64,000 bases of DNA from an uncultured Hyphomicrobiales bacterium (GTDB lineage: Bacteria; Pseudomonadota; Alphaproteobacteria; Rhodospirillales; CAYFNC01): NCBI GenBank assembly GCA_964344345.1, contig CAYFNC010000005.1:2338-66337 (forward strand). Reading direction: 5' to 3'. Below, in pieces: positions 31,386 through 40,718 of the stretch. Below the pieces are notes generated by a model that saw nothing but the letters and a program-made list of their open reading frames with translations, made no database searches and was not told the origin of the DNA. The first letter of the stretch is position 1. Every line of letters starts with the position of its first letter. Both the position numbers and the translations under genes were made by a program.

Positions 31386-32320
31386 GCTCGCGGCCGAAAC
31401 CGGCGGATATCCTGATCGAGGCCTGCGCGCGTCACGGCGTGGACTGGCGCATCGCGGATCGGCACGGGGCCTACCTGATCGAGATTTCGCGGAACGGCAG
31501 GCGATTCTTCGCCGGGTTCTCCACCATCCCCTACCATCCCCTGAACACCGCGGCCGCGTCCCAGCTCGCCCGCGACAAGGCCTATTCCTACGCGGTCCTC
31601 GAGGACATCGGCGTCGACGTCCCGGCCTGGGAGTGCGCGTTCCTTCGGGACGAATCGCGGACGGTTTACGGCGTCGGGCATGGGGTGGCGCCCGCCATGG
31701 ACTTCGCGTCGCGCAACGGATACCCGGTATTCGTCAAGCCCAACCAGGGAGCCAAGGGCCGGGGCGCGGACACGGCGAACGACCCGGACGAGTTGGCGGC
31801 GGCGCTGAGGCGCCTCGCCCAAGACGACTACATCGCCATCGTTCAGGAATACGTGGTCCTGGACGAATACCGGGTGCTGGTCATGGACGGACGGCCCCTG
31901 TTCGCCTATCGCCGCGCCCGCGCCTCGGTGACCGGCGACGGGCGGAGAACCGTCAGGGAGCTGGTTTCGGACCAAGGGCGCCGGACGCCCGAGACGAACT
32001 TCCTGAAACGCCGCCTCGACGAAATTCCCGGCGCGGGCGAGAGGCTGGAATGCGCCCCCGCCTACAACCTGGATTCGGGCGGGACCATCGCCGAGGTCTT
32101 CGAGGACGTCCCCGACCGCATCGGTTCCTGGGCGCTGGGAATCGCGGAGCGCCTCGGCCTCGCCTATTGCGGAATCGATTTCTTTTGCGAGGACCTGCAT
32201 GGCGGCGCGCCCAAGCTGATCGAGGCCAACGCGAGCCCGTCGCTGGTCGGCGTGTGGGAGCACGGGCGCCGGGACCTGGTTTTCGATATCTGGGGACGGA
32301 TTTTCTCGCGGAGCCTGTGA
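31382..32320 (+). CDS. ATP-grasp domain protein (RimK / cyanophycin-synthetase-type ligase)
   Basis: TTG 31382 overlaps the folC stop (TTGA). YPVFVKPNQGAKGRG, IVQEYV and GIDFF...LIEANASPSL are the ATP-grasp phosphate-binding, hinge and Mg-binding motifs. Confidence 0.7.
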   Translation: MSSRPKPADILIEACARHGVDWRIADRHGAYLIEISRNGRRFFAGFSTIPYHPLNTAAASQLARDKAYSYAVLEDIGVDVPAWECAFLRDESRTVYGVGHGVAPAMDFASRNGYPVFVKPNQGAKGRGADTANDPDELAAALRRLAQDDYIAIVQEYVVLDEYRVLVMDGRPLFAYRRARASVTGDGRRTVRELVSDQGRRTPETNFLKRRLDEIPGAGERLECAPAYNLDSGGTIAEVFEDVPDRIGSWALGIAERLGLAYCGIDFFCEDLHGGAPKLIEANASPSLVGVWEHGRRDLVFDIWGRIFSRSL

Positions 32321-32390
32321 CGAACGCTGTTGATCGGAATCGACGGCGATGTGACAATCCAGGCGACGCCGACAATCCAATCGCGGGGCC

Positions 32391-34046
32391 ATGCGCAAAT
32401 CCTATCCCATATGGCTGCTGTTCTCCTTCCAGGGCCGGATCAATCGGGAGGTCTTCTGGGTGCGCGGCGTGCTGCCCATCCTGGCGGCGAGCATCCTGGT
32501 CTGGAGCATCCTGTTCAGCTTCGCGATGATGATCCCGTCGGGCCAGAAGATCGACCTCAGCCACCACCAGCCCCGCAACTTCGCCATGGATCACGGCAAG
32601 GACCACATGGTGGTCGGCGCGGGACGGGGCTCGGTGGTGATCCCAACGCCTTCCGAGGAGTCCGCCAAGGGCATGGAGCACACGGTGGACCTGGGCTACG
32701 CCCGGGGCGCCCTGCAGATTCAGCCGCCCGACCCGGAAAAGCCCGACGCGGTCCAAAAGGGCCTGTTCCGCTGGAAAGAGCACCCGATCGAGCGCATTCC
32801 CACCGAAGGCCCCAGCATCATCGTCGCGGTGATCGACATCATTTTGAAGATCACGTCCTTCGGGTTTTTCGTCGGCGTGACCTGGGCCCAGGTCGCCATC
32901 AACGCCAAGCGCCTGCACGATCTCGACAAGAAGGCCTGGTGGCAGCTGGTCCAACTCGTCCCGTTCCTCGGCACGTTCGCGCTTTTGGGATACCTCGGCT
33001 TCTTCAAGGGCACCCCCGACCACAACCGCTTCGGCCCCGATCCGCTCGGCCGCACTGGCGAGGAGGAATCCGAAGAGGAGGGGGAAGAAGAGGTATCCGA
33101 AGAGGAATCGGAGGACGAGGAGGAGGAAAACGAGGACGGCGAGGAGTCGGAGGAAACCGACGACGCGGAGGGCGACAAGCCGGACGAAGAGCCCGAGGCG
33201 GCGGCGGAGGACAAGGAGCCGGAGCCGGACAAAGAACCGGAAACCCCCGAGCCGCCTGAGCCCGAGCCGGACGAAGAACCGGAAGCGCCCGAGCCGCCCG
33301 CGCCCGAGCCGGACGAAGAACCGGAAACCCCCGAGCCGATCGAGGAGCCCGAAGCCCCAACCGAGCCGGAAGGGCCCGCCGAAGAGCCCATGGCGGCGGC
33401 CGAGCCGGAACCGGTCGCGGAGTCCGAGATCCCGGACGAACCCGAGGAGCCGGAGCCGCCCGAGGAGCCCGCCGCGCCCATGGCCGCCGAAGCCCCGGCC
33501 GAACCCGAGGAGCCCGAGCCGGCCCCGGAACCCATGGCCGCCGAGGCCCCCGACGAGCCGGAAGAGCCCGAACCCGCTCCGGCCGAGGAACCCCCTGAGC
33601 CCCAGGAAATCGGAAGCTTCACCATCCCGGCGGCGGCCAAGGCGGCCCTGGAGGCCAAGGAGGCCATGGCGCCCAAGCCGTCGGACGCGCCGGAAACGCC
33701 CAAGCTCGCCAGGACCCTGGACGTGCCAAAGCCGCCCAGGCCTTCGCCGGAGCCCATGGAGCCGCCCAAGGCGCCCGAACCGCCAAAGGAGGCCGCCGCG
33801 CCTCCCGCGCCGCCGAAGCAACCTCCGGCGCCGCCCAAGCCGACCAAGGACTTCGGGATTCCCGAGACCTACGCGCCGCCCGAACCGCCCAAGGAGCATG
33901 CGGCCCCGGCTCGGACCAAGCCGACCAAGGATTTCGCCATTCCAGAGTCCTACACGCCCCCCGCGCCCCCCAACGCGGTCGAGGCGCCGAAGGAACAGGC
34001 TCCCTCCAAGAAGGAATGGGCCATTCCAACCGTTCCGAAGGAATAA
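32391..34046 (+). CDS. DUF805-type inner-membrane protein with long acidic Pro/Glu-rich C-terminal tail
   Basis: N-terminal FSFQGRINREVFW and later AKRLHDLDKKAWWQL...NRFGPDP are the DUF805 (YhaH-like) signatures. The last ~330 aa are low-complexity PE/PEP repeats. Confidence 0.7.
   Translation: MRKSYPIWLLFSFQGRINREVFWVRGVLPILAASILVWSILFSFAMMIPSGQKIDLSHHQPRNFAMDHGKDHMVVGAGRGSVVIPTPSEESAKGMEHTVDLGYARGALQIQPPDPEKPDAVQKGLFRWKEHPIERIPTEGPSIIVAVIDIILKITSFGFFVGVTWAQVAINAKRLHDLDKKAWWQLVQLVPFLGTFALLGYLGFFKGTPDHNRFGPDPLGRTGEEESEEEGEEEVSEEESEDEEEENEDGEESEETDDAEGDKPDEEPEAAAEDKEPEPDKEPETPEPPEPEPDEEPEAPEPPAPEPDEEPETPEPIEEPEAPTEPEGPAEEPMAAAEPEPVAESEIPDEPEEPEPPEEPAAPMAAEAPAEPEEPEPAPEPMAAEAPDEPEEPEPAPAEEPPEPQEIGSFTIPAAAKAALEAKEAMAPKPSDAPETPKLARTLDVPKPPRPSPEPMEPPKAPEPPKEAAAPPAPPKQPPAPPKPTKDFGIPETYAPPEPPKEHAAPARTKPTKDFAIPESYTPPAPPNAVEAPKEQAPSKKEWAIPTVPKE
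33222..33347 (+). repeat. Three tandem 42-bp in-frame repeats (EPD(K/E)EPE(T/A)PEPP..P) inside the DUF805 gene tail
   Basis: Units start at 33222, 33264 and 33306 (gagccggac[a/g]aagaaccggaa...) with few substitutions. Confidence 0.8.
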
Positions 34047-34138
34047 CCACGCCCCAACCCGAGCAAAACGGCCTATTCCCTGAATCCCGCGTGAAACGGC
34101 GGCGCTCTTGAAGGCGCATGCCATCTTGCTCATATTGA

Positions 34139-36661
34139 ATGACTGGGCACGGCAACCGAGCAGCGGGCAAAATGACCGGGGGAAGTGTCGCACGGAGAAC
34201 CTTGTGGAAAATCGGGCTGCGCATCGCGCTTGTGATCGCCGCGATGACGGGCTTGGCGTATTACCACATCTACGCGACGACCACGGACGCCGCGCTGGAC
34301 ACCCTTGAGAAATATATAGCCGAGCGCGGCCACCGCGAACGCGAGAATTTCGTCCTTGCGAGCGAGCAGCACGCCCGCATTAAGGCGGAGCTGCTTCGGC
34401 GGCTCGAAGAGATGGGCGAGGCCGACCCCCGCGCAGAATTCGACGCATTGTTCGTCCGCTTTCCCGACGGGGTGATCCGGAACCGGCTGGACGGTTTCGA
34501 CGGAACCAGGCGGGCCTTCGCCTATATCGACAAGTCCATCACCCCCGACGCCGACCTGCGACGCCGCGTGCTCGCGTTCTATCACCTGTCCAATCAGTTC
34601 GGCCCCGCCTGGAACGAACGGTTCGAAAACCTATATTTTACAACGCCGGAAAACATCCTGGTCGGGTACTACCCCGACGTGCCCGACTACGCGCACACCT
34701 CCGGACCCGACCTGGACATGCGGACCGAGGAATGGGTGTGGATCGCCGACAAGAAACACAATCCCGAACGAAAGATGGCGTGGACCGGCGTGCTGTACGA
34801 CCCGCGCGCCGACCTTTGGATGATCTCCGGCGAGACCCCGGTGGACATCGACGGCAGGCATGTCGCGACCATCGGCCAGGACTTCACCCTGAACGACATC
34901 ATGGCCCGGTCCATCGACGACCGGCTGGACGGCGCCTACAACGTCATTTTCCGCAAGGATGGCCGCCTGATCGCCCATCCGGACATCATGGAGGACATCA
35001 AGACCAAGGGGGGAGGCCTCGATATCAAGGAATTCGGCGATAAGCATCTTGCCGATCTTTTCGAGACCGTCCTCTCGAAGCCCGAAGGCGAAGCCGTCAT
35101 CGAGCTCAAGGAATACGACCACTTTCTAGCGATCGCGCCCATCGAGGAGCCGGGATGGTTCTTCGTCACGGTCTATCCCAAGGCGCTGATCTCCAAGGTC
35201 GCTTTCGAAGCCGCGGGCATCGTGCTTCTTCTTGGCGCGTTGTCCTTGGCGATCGAAATCCTGATTTTCTTTTTCGTGATCCGCAAGGACGTGTCCCTTC
35301 CCTTGAACACCCTTGTCGCGGCGACGGACGCCATGGCGTCCGGCGATTACGCCGCGCGCGTAGAGCCGTTCCGGGATGACGAGATCGGCAGGCTTTCCCG
35401 TTCGTTCACCGCCATGCGCGACGCCATCATGACCAGCCACCTGCGCCTAAGCCGGACCGTGACCAAGCTGGAGGCGGCGCGCGACGAATTGGGGCGGTCC
35501 CGAGACGATTTGGAGCGCCGGGTCGCGGAACGGACCCGCGACCTCCGCAACCTGACCCAGGCGGTGGAGCAAAGCCCCCACATGGTCCTGATCACCGACC
35601 TCGACGCCAGGATCATATACGTGAACCGCCGATTCACGGACCTGACCGGCTACGCGCCTGCGGAGGTCATGGGAAAGAACCCGTCGATCCTGCAATCCGG
35701 CGACACCCCGGTTACGCTGTATTCGGAAATGTGGTCGGCCTTGATGTCCGATGGCCAATGGTTCGGCGAGATCAAGGACCGCTGCAAGGACGGACGCGCG
35801 TTCTGGGCCGCGCTCACGGTCTCGCGGGTCATGGACGAAGAGGGCGAGCCGACCCACTTCGTCGCCATCCACGAGGACATCACCGAACGAAAGCTCGCCG
35901 AGCAGGACATACGGATCGCCAAGGAGCAGGCTGAGACCGCGAGCCGGGCCAAGTCCGAGATGTTGGCGAACATGTCGCACGAGCTCCGCACGCCGCTCAA
36001 CGCCATCATCGGATACTCGGACAGCATTCTTCACGGAATTTTCGGCCCGATGGAGAACGAGAAATATCTGGAATACGTCCAGGACATCAATCATTCCGGC
36101 GCGCATCTCTTGGAGCTGATCAACGACGTCCTCGACGTGTCGGCCATCGAGGCCGGGAAGCTGGAGCTGGACGAGGAGGACGTGGACCTCGCCAAGCTCG
36201 TCGAATCCTGCAATCGCTTGATCGCGCCGAGGGCCGAGGCCGGTCGCGTCTCGATCGAAACCGACGTCCCGGACGGTGTCCCTTGGATTCACGCGGACAA
36301 GCGCAGGATAAAGCAGGCCCTGCTCAATCTCTTGTCCAACGCCGTCAAATTCACGCCCGAGAACGGATCGGTCGCGACGCGCGTGGCGCGGACGCCGGAC
36401 GGCGGTCTGGAAATCCGCGTCGAGGACACGGGCGTCGGAATGACGCCCCAGGAGCTGTCGAAGGCGATGGAGGAGTTCGGCCAGGCGGACTCGGGACTGG
36501 ACCGCAAATTCGAGGGCACCGGCCTCGGCCTTCCGCTGACGAAGGGGTTGATCGAACTTCACGGCGGCGAACTGACGATCGAAAGCCGCAAGAACGCCGG
36601 CACCACGGCCATCATCGCGCTTCCTAAGGAGCGCCTGACGCTCGTTTCATCGGTCGCCTGA
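34139..36661 (+). CDS. Sensor histidine kinase (Cache-like periplasmic domain, HAMP, PAS, HisKA, HATPase)
   Basis: Two TM segments flank a ~300-aa extracytoplasmic domain. PAS VEQSPHMVLITDLDARIIYVNRRFTDLTGY. H-box SHELRTPLNAIIGY. G2 box GTGLGLPLTKGLIELHGG. Confidence 0.9.
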   Translation: MTGHGNRAAGKMTGGSVARRTLWKIGLRIALVIAAMTGLAYYHIYATTTDAALDTLEKYIAERGHRERENFVLASEQHARIKAELLRRLEEMGEADPRAEFDALFVRFPDGVIRNRLDGFDGTRRAFAYIDKSITPDADLRRRVLAFYHLSNQFGPAWNERFENLYFTTPENILVGYYPDVPDYAHTSGPDLDMRTEEWVWIADKKHNPERKMAWTGVLYDPRADLWMISGETPVDIDGRHVATIGQDFTLNDIMARSIDDRLDGAYNVIFRKDGRLIAHPDIMEDIKTKGGGLDIKEFGDKHLADLFETVLSKPEGEAVIELKEYDHFLAIAPIEEPGWFFVTVYPKALISKVAFEAAGIVLLLGALSLAIEILIFFFVIRKDVSLPLNTLVAATDAMASGDYAARVEPFRDDEIGRLSRSFTAMRDAIMTSHLRLSRTVTKLEAARDELGRSRDDLERRVAERTRDLRNLTQAVEQSPHMVLITDLDARIIYVNRRFTDLTGYAPAEVMGKNPSILQSGDTPVTLYSEMWSALMSDGQWFGEIKDRCKDGRAFWAALTVSRVMDEEGEPTHFVAIHEDITERKLAEQDIRIAKEQAETASRAKSEMLANMSHELRTPLNAIIGYSDSILHGIFGPMENEKYLEYVQDINHSGAHLLELINDVLDVSAIEAGKLELDEEDVDLAKLVESCNRLIAPRAEAGRVSIETDVPDGVPWIHADKRRIKQALLNLLSNAVKFTPENGSVATRVARTPDGGLEIRVEDTGVGMTPQELSKAMEEFGQADSGLDRKFEGTGLGLPLTKGLIELHGGELTIESRKNAGTTAIIALPKERLTLVSSVA

Positions 36662-36667
36662 CTCGCG

Positions 36668-37936
36668 TCACTCCGAAACCCGGTTCCGCCCTCCCTCCTT
36701 GGCGCGATAGAGCGCCTGGTCGGCGGACTTGATCACGGTTTCGGGGACGGCTTCGCTGTCGTTCGGGGCGCCGACGCCGATGGAGATGGTGACGCTCACG
36801 GTCTCGCCGCCGCCCTCCCCGCGCGTTTCGGCGGGGTCCTGGGGGTCGTCCGGGCGGTTGTCGCCCCGGACGTGGAATTGGGCGTGTTCGACCGAGGCGC
36901 GAAGGGCCTCCAGGTGCGGCCAAGCCTCGTGGACGTCGCGGCCTGGGAACAGCACGGTGAATTCCTCGCCGCCGTAGCGGTACGCGCGCCCGCCGCCCGA
37001 AACCCGCTCGAGCCTGCCCGCCACCATGCGCAGCACCTCGTCGCCCACGTCGTGGCCCCAGGTGTCGTTGAAGCGCTTGAAGTGGTCCACGTCGGTCATG
37101 GCGATGACGTAGCGGCTGCCGAGCTTCTTTAGATCCGCCATCAAGGCGCGGCGCCCGGGAAGCCCGGTCAGCTCGTCGCGAAACGCCATGCGATAGGAAT
37201 CCTGCATCACCGCCGCGATCACGATCACGCCCGCGGTCAGGAAGAACACCGACGGCATCACGCCCTGGCCCGCGGAATGGAGCGCGAGGCCCGACGCCGC
37301 CAGCGCGCCGAACATGCCCGCGTCCATGGGCTGGCGGGTCACGGCGGCGCGAATGAACAGCATGCCGAGCGCCATGGGAAAGGTGAACAGCGCCGGTTGC
37401 GGCAGCCAGGTCCAGGCGTCGAAGACCTTGGGGAAGGCGCGCGCGTGCAACCAATCCGCCACCGTCTGCTGCATGGCCGCCGCGCTGTCCTGCGCCATCA
37501 GCCCGCCGGCTCCGGTTGCGACGAAGGCGACAAGCAGGACCTGGACCGCGATCGCGCCGATGTTGAACAGCCCGGCGTCGGTGAAGAAGCCCCGGTCCTC
37601 CTGCAAGGCCAGGAACGCCATGTTGACCGGCAGGAACACGGCGTAGAAGGCGTAGGCCACCTGGCCCATCGGCCCCCGATCCATGCCAGCGCCCATCAGC
37701 GACGCCGCGATCCAGTGGCCGAGCGCCACCAGGACCAGGGCGAAGGCGGCGCGCGAGCGGCTGAACCGGGCGCACAGCGCGACGCCGACCACGGCGGCGA
37801 GGTAGGCCCCATGCCCGATGGCGTCGCCCACATGCCACGGCGCCGCGTCCAGCGCGCCCTGCAGCAAGGCGGCGGAGGCGAGCAACGCCAACGGCATCCA
37901 CACGACGCCGAACGTCTTGGCCACGGCTTGGCTCAT
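36668..37936 (-). CDS. Diguanylate cyclase (GGDEF) with N-terminal polytopic membrane domain
   Basis: ATG at 37936 (MSQAVAKTFGVVWMPLALL). About 8 hydrophobic helices. C-terminal RYGGEEFTVLF active-site motif. The 687-aa track ORF is an over-extension antisense to the next gene. Confidence 0.9.
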   Translation of the reverse strand: MSQAVAKTFGVVWMPLALLASAALLQGALDAAPWHVGDAIGHGAYLAAVVGVALCARFSRSRAAFALVLVALGHWIAASLMGAGMDRGPMGQVAYAFYAVFLPVNMAFLALQEDRGFFTDAGLFNIGAIAVQVLLVAFVATGAGGLMAQDSAAAMQQTVADWLHARAFPKVFDAWTWLPQPALFTFPMALGMLFIRAAVTRQPMDAGMFGALAASGLALHSAGQGVMPSVFFLTAGVIVIAAVMQDSYRMAFRDELTGLPGRRALMADLKKLGSRYVIAMTDVDHFKRFNDTWGHDVGDEVLRMVAGRLERVSGGGRAYRYGGEEFTVLFPGRDVHEAWPHLEALRASVEHAQFHVRGDNRPDDPQDPAETRGEGGGETVSVTISIGVGAPNDSEAVPETVIKSADQALYRAKEGGRNRVSE

Positions 37937-38047
37937 GGTCGGACTCCCCCGATGAAACCACTTCGGGCCATTAAACGGGGTTTCGATAAAGGATCGGTTA
38001 ATGGAGCGGGGGTTTCGGGCCGCCGCCCCATCCTGTACCCTGCCCCC

Positions 38048-38797
38048 ATGTGCACCGTGGTCATCCTTCACCGCCCCGGCCACGACTGGCCGGTTGTTCT
38101 GGGCGCCAACCGGGACGAGATGGTCGATCGGCCGTGGCGTCCGCCCGCGCGCCATTGGCCCGACCGGCCCGAGGTGGCGGCCGGAATGGACGAGCTCGCG
38201 GGCGGGACCTGGATGGGCATGAACGACATGGGCGTGGCGGCGGCGATCCTCAACCGCGAGGGCACCCTGGGCCCGGCCGAGGGGAAACGGAGCCGGGGGG
38301 AGCTGCCGCTCGAAGCCCTCGACCACGCCGAGGCCGCCGCCGCCGTCGAGGCCTTGGAGCATCTGAACCCCGACGCCTACCGCCCCTTCAACATGGTGGT
38401 GGCGGACCGGCGGGAGGTCTTTTGGCTGCGCAACACCGGGGACGCGGTCGAGGGGTTCCAGGTCGAGGCGGGGCTCAACATGCTCACCGCCCACGACCTG
38501 AACGACGTCGAGAACTCGCCTCGCCAGAAGCTGCATCTGCCCCGTTTCCGCGCCGCGTCCCATCCGGACGTGGACAAGGGCGACTGGGCGGGCTGGGAGG
38601 CCCTGCTGGCGTCCCGGGACTTCGAGGGCGATTCGGGCCGGGCCGAGGCCATGTGCGTGGTCACAGACACCGGGTTCTGCACCACGTCGTCGTCGCTGAT
38701 CGCGTTGCCGTCGATGGAGCGCCCGGCCCAACCGCCCGCGTGGCTGTTCTGCGCGGGACGGCCGGGCGAGGCCGAATGGGCGCCGGTCGAGCGTTGA
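38048..38797 (+). CDS. NRDE-family (TANGO2/DUF833-like) protein
   Basis: MCTVVILHRPGHDWPVVLGANRDE is the N-terminal Cys plus NRDE motif of this family. 249 aa. Confidence 0.75.
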   Translation: MCTVVILHRPGHDWPVVLGANRDEMVDRPWRPPARHWPDRPEVAAGMDELAGGTWMGMNDMGVAAAILNREGTLGPAEGKRSRGELPLEALDHAEAAAAVEALEHLNPDAYRPFNMVVADRREVFWLRNTGDAVEGFQVEAGLNMLTAHDLNDVENSPRQKLHLPRFRAASHPDVDKGDWAGWEALLASRDFEGDSGRAEAMCVVTDTGFCTTSSSLIALPSMERPAQPPAWLFCAGRPGEAEWAPVER

Positions 38798-38870
38798 TCA
38801 TTTAATGGCGCTCAAGCGGCGCGCCGCATGCGCTCCCTCTCGGCGTCCGGGGGGCGAAAAAGAGCTTAAC

Positions 38871-38898
38871 TTGAACGCCGCCGCCCACCCCCTATAAT
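38871..38898 (+). promoter_or_regulatory. Putative sigma70-type promoter of purE
   Basis: TTGAAC (38871-76), 16-nt spacer, then consensus TATAAT (38893-98), 34 nt upstream of the purE ATG. Confidence 0.45.
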
Positions 38899-38931
38899 GC
38901 GCCGCTTCCTGTAAGACACGGAGTATCGAGA

Positions 38932-39420
38932 ATGAGCAACGACGCGCCGCAAGTGGGGATCATCATGGGCAGCCAGTCCGACTGGCCGACGATGAAGGCC
39001 GCGGTCGAGACCCTGGAGTCCCTGGGCGTTTCCTGCGAGGCCAAGGTGATGTCCGCCCACCGCACGCCCGCGCGGCTGGAGAAATACTGCGTCGCGGCCA
39101 AGGGCCGGGGGATCAAGGTGATCATCGCGGGCGCGGGCATGGCCGCCGCCCTTCCGGGCGCCGCCGCCGCCCTGACCCCGCTGCCGATCCTGGGCGTGCC
39201 CATGGAGGGCAAGATGATGGGCGGGCTCGACGCCCTGCTCGCCATGTCCCAGATGCCGCCCGGCGTTCCGGTCGGAACCCTTGGGCTGGGCAAGGCCGGG
39301 GCCAAGAACGCGGCGCTGCTGGCGGCCGCCATCCTGGGCTTGAGCGACGACGCGGCCGCCAAGGCCCTCGACGAATTCCGCGCCAAGCAGACCGCCGACG
39401 TTCCCGAAACCCCGGAATAA
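38932..39420 (+). CDS. purE: 5-(carboxyamino)imidazole ribonucleotide mutase
   Basis: [26 protein letters not shown]...AHRTP...[13 protein letters not shown]. 162 aa. Confidence 0.95.
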   Translation: MSNDAPQVGIIMGSQSDWPTMKAAVETLESLGVSCEAKVMSAHRTPARLEKYCVAAKGRGIKVIIAGAGMAAALPGAAAALTPLPILGVPMEGKMMGGLDALLAMSQMPPGVPVGTLGLGKAGAKNAALLAAAILGLSDDAAAKALDEFRAKQTADVPETPE

Positions 39421-39433
39421 GTTCGGAGGATCC

Positions 39434-40696
39434 ATGCAGGTCAAGGTTCTGGCGTTCGTCCTCGCGGGCGGCAAGGGCACGCGGCTGATGCCGTTGACCA
39501 ACGACCGGGCCAAGCCCGCCGTGCCTTTCGGCGGGAAGTACCGCATCGTCGACTTCGTGCTGTCCAACCTGATCAATTCGGGGATCTATTCGGTCTACGT
39601 GCTGATCCAGTTCCGCAGCCAGTCCCTCTTGCAGCACCTGACCGAGGGCTGGAGCTTCGGCGGCCAGCTCGGCCATCAGTTCATCATCCCGGTGCCGGCC
39701 CAGATGCGATCCCCGGGCGAGACCTGGTACCGGGGCACCGCCGACGCCATCGCCCAGAACCTGGCGCTGATCGAGCAATCCAAGCCCGACGTGGTGCTGG
39801 TGTTCGGCGCCGACCACATCTATCGCATGAACATCCGCCAGATGGTCGACTTCCACATGGCCAAGGGCGCGGACGCGACCGTGTCGGCGCTTCCGATGGA
39901 TCGGAAATACGCCTCCGACTTCGGCGCGGTCGAGGTGGAAGCGGACGGCCGAGTCACCGGCTTCCACGAAAAGGACCCCAACTCCCCGACCATCCCGGGG
40001 CGGCCCGGCGAGATCCTCGGCTCCATGGGCAACTACGCCTTTTGCGCCGACGCGCTGCTGGACGCCGTGCGCAACGACATGAAGAACGAGAAAAGCTCTC
40101 ACGACTTCGCCAAGGACATCCTGCCCCGCATGCTGGAGGAGGATCGGGTGTTCGCCTACGACTTCGGCCAGAACAAGATCCCCGGCGAGCCCGAGGGCAA
40201 GGCCCCCTATTGGAAGGACGTGGGCACGCTGGAGGCCTATTACGACGCCAACATGGACCTTCGCGCCATCGACCCCGAACTGAACCTCTATAACAGGCAG
40301 TGGCCGGTGCGCACGGCGGGCTACGCCGATCCCCCGGCCAAGCTCGCCTTCAACGACGAGGGCCGCCGGGGCCAGGCCATCGACAGCGTGCTGTCGGGTG
40401 CCTGCATCATCACCGGCAGCCGGGTCCAGGACTCGGTCTTGGGCCGCCACGTCCGGGTCCATTCCTATTCCGAGGTGGACCAGTGCGTGCTCCATGACAA
40501 CTGCGAAATCGGGCGCCATTCGAAAATCCGCCGCGCCATCTTGATGAAGAACGCCATCATTCCGCCCGAGACCACGATCGGCTATGATCTGGAGGAGGAC
40601 GCCAAGCGTTACCATGTCACCGACAGCGGGATCGTGGTGGTCGAGGGCGGCCGCTCCCCCATTCCCGTCAGCAGGCTCGACGTCAAGGAGCCCTAA
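39434..40696 (+). CDS. glgC: Glucose-1-phosphate adenylyltransferase
   Basis: AFVLAGGKGTRLMPLTNDRAKPAVPFGGKYRIVDFVLSN and a full-length 420-aa left-handed beta-helix C-terminus. Confidence 0.95.
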   Translation: MQVKVLAFVLAGGKGTRLMPLTNDRAKPAVPFGGKYRIVDFVLSNLINSGIYSVYVLIQFRSQSLLQHLTEGWSFGGQLGHQFIIPVPAQMRSPGETWYRGTADAIAQNLALIEQSKPDVVLVFGADHIYRMNIRQMVDFHMAKGADATVSALPMDRKYASDFGAVEVEADGRVTGFHEKDPNSPTIPGRPGEILGSMGNYAFCADALLDAVRNDMKNEKSSHDFAKDILPRMLEEDRVFAYDFGQNKIPGEPEGKAPYWKDVGTLEAYYDANMDLRAIDPELNLYNRQWPVRTAGYADPPAKLAFNDEGRRGQAIDSVLSGACIITGSRVQDSVLGRHVRVHSYSEVDQCVLHDNCEIGRHSKIRRAILMKNAIIPPETTIGYDLEEDAKRYHVTDSGIVVVEGGRSPIPVSRLDVKEP

Positions 40697-40718
40697 CCCC
40701 CAGGTCCGGAGGCCCGCC

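Noticed and set aside
33050-33980. Repetitive region considered as a CRISPR array or minisatellite
   Set aside because: The repeats are in-frame, imperfect, directly abutting with no spacers, and encode a continuous Pro/Glu-rich tail of the DUF805 protein.
31953-34193. 746-aa minus-strand ORF across the ATP-grasp and DUF805 genes
   Set aside because: The translation is Arg/Gly/Leu repeats mirroring the Pro/Glu-rich sense strand. It spans two well-supported sense genes.
36668-38731. 687-aa ORF for the GGDEF gene, and the 506-aa ORF 37277-38797
   Set aside because: The N-terminal extensions run antisense through each other's real genes. Internal ATGs at 37936 (membrane-GGDEF) and 38048 (NRDE) give coherent proteins.
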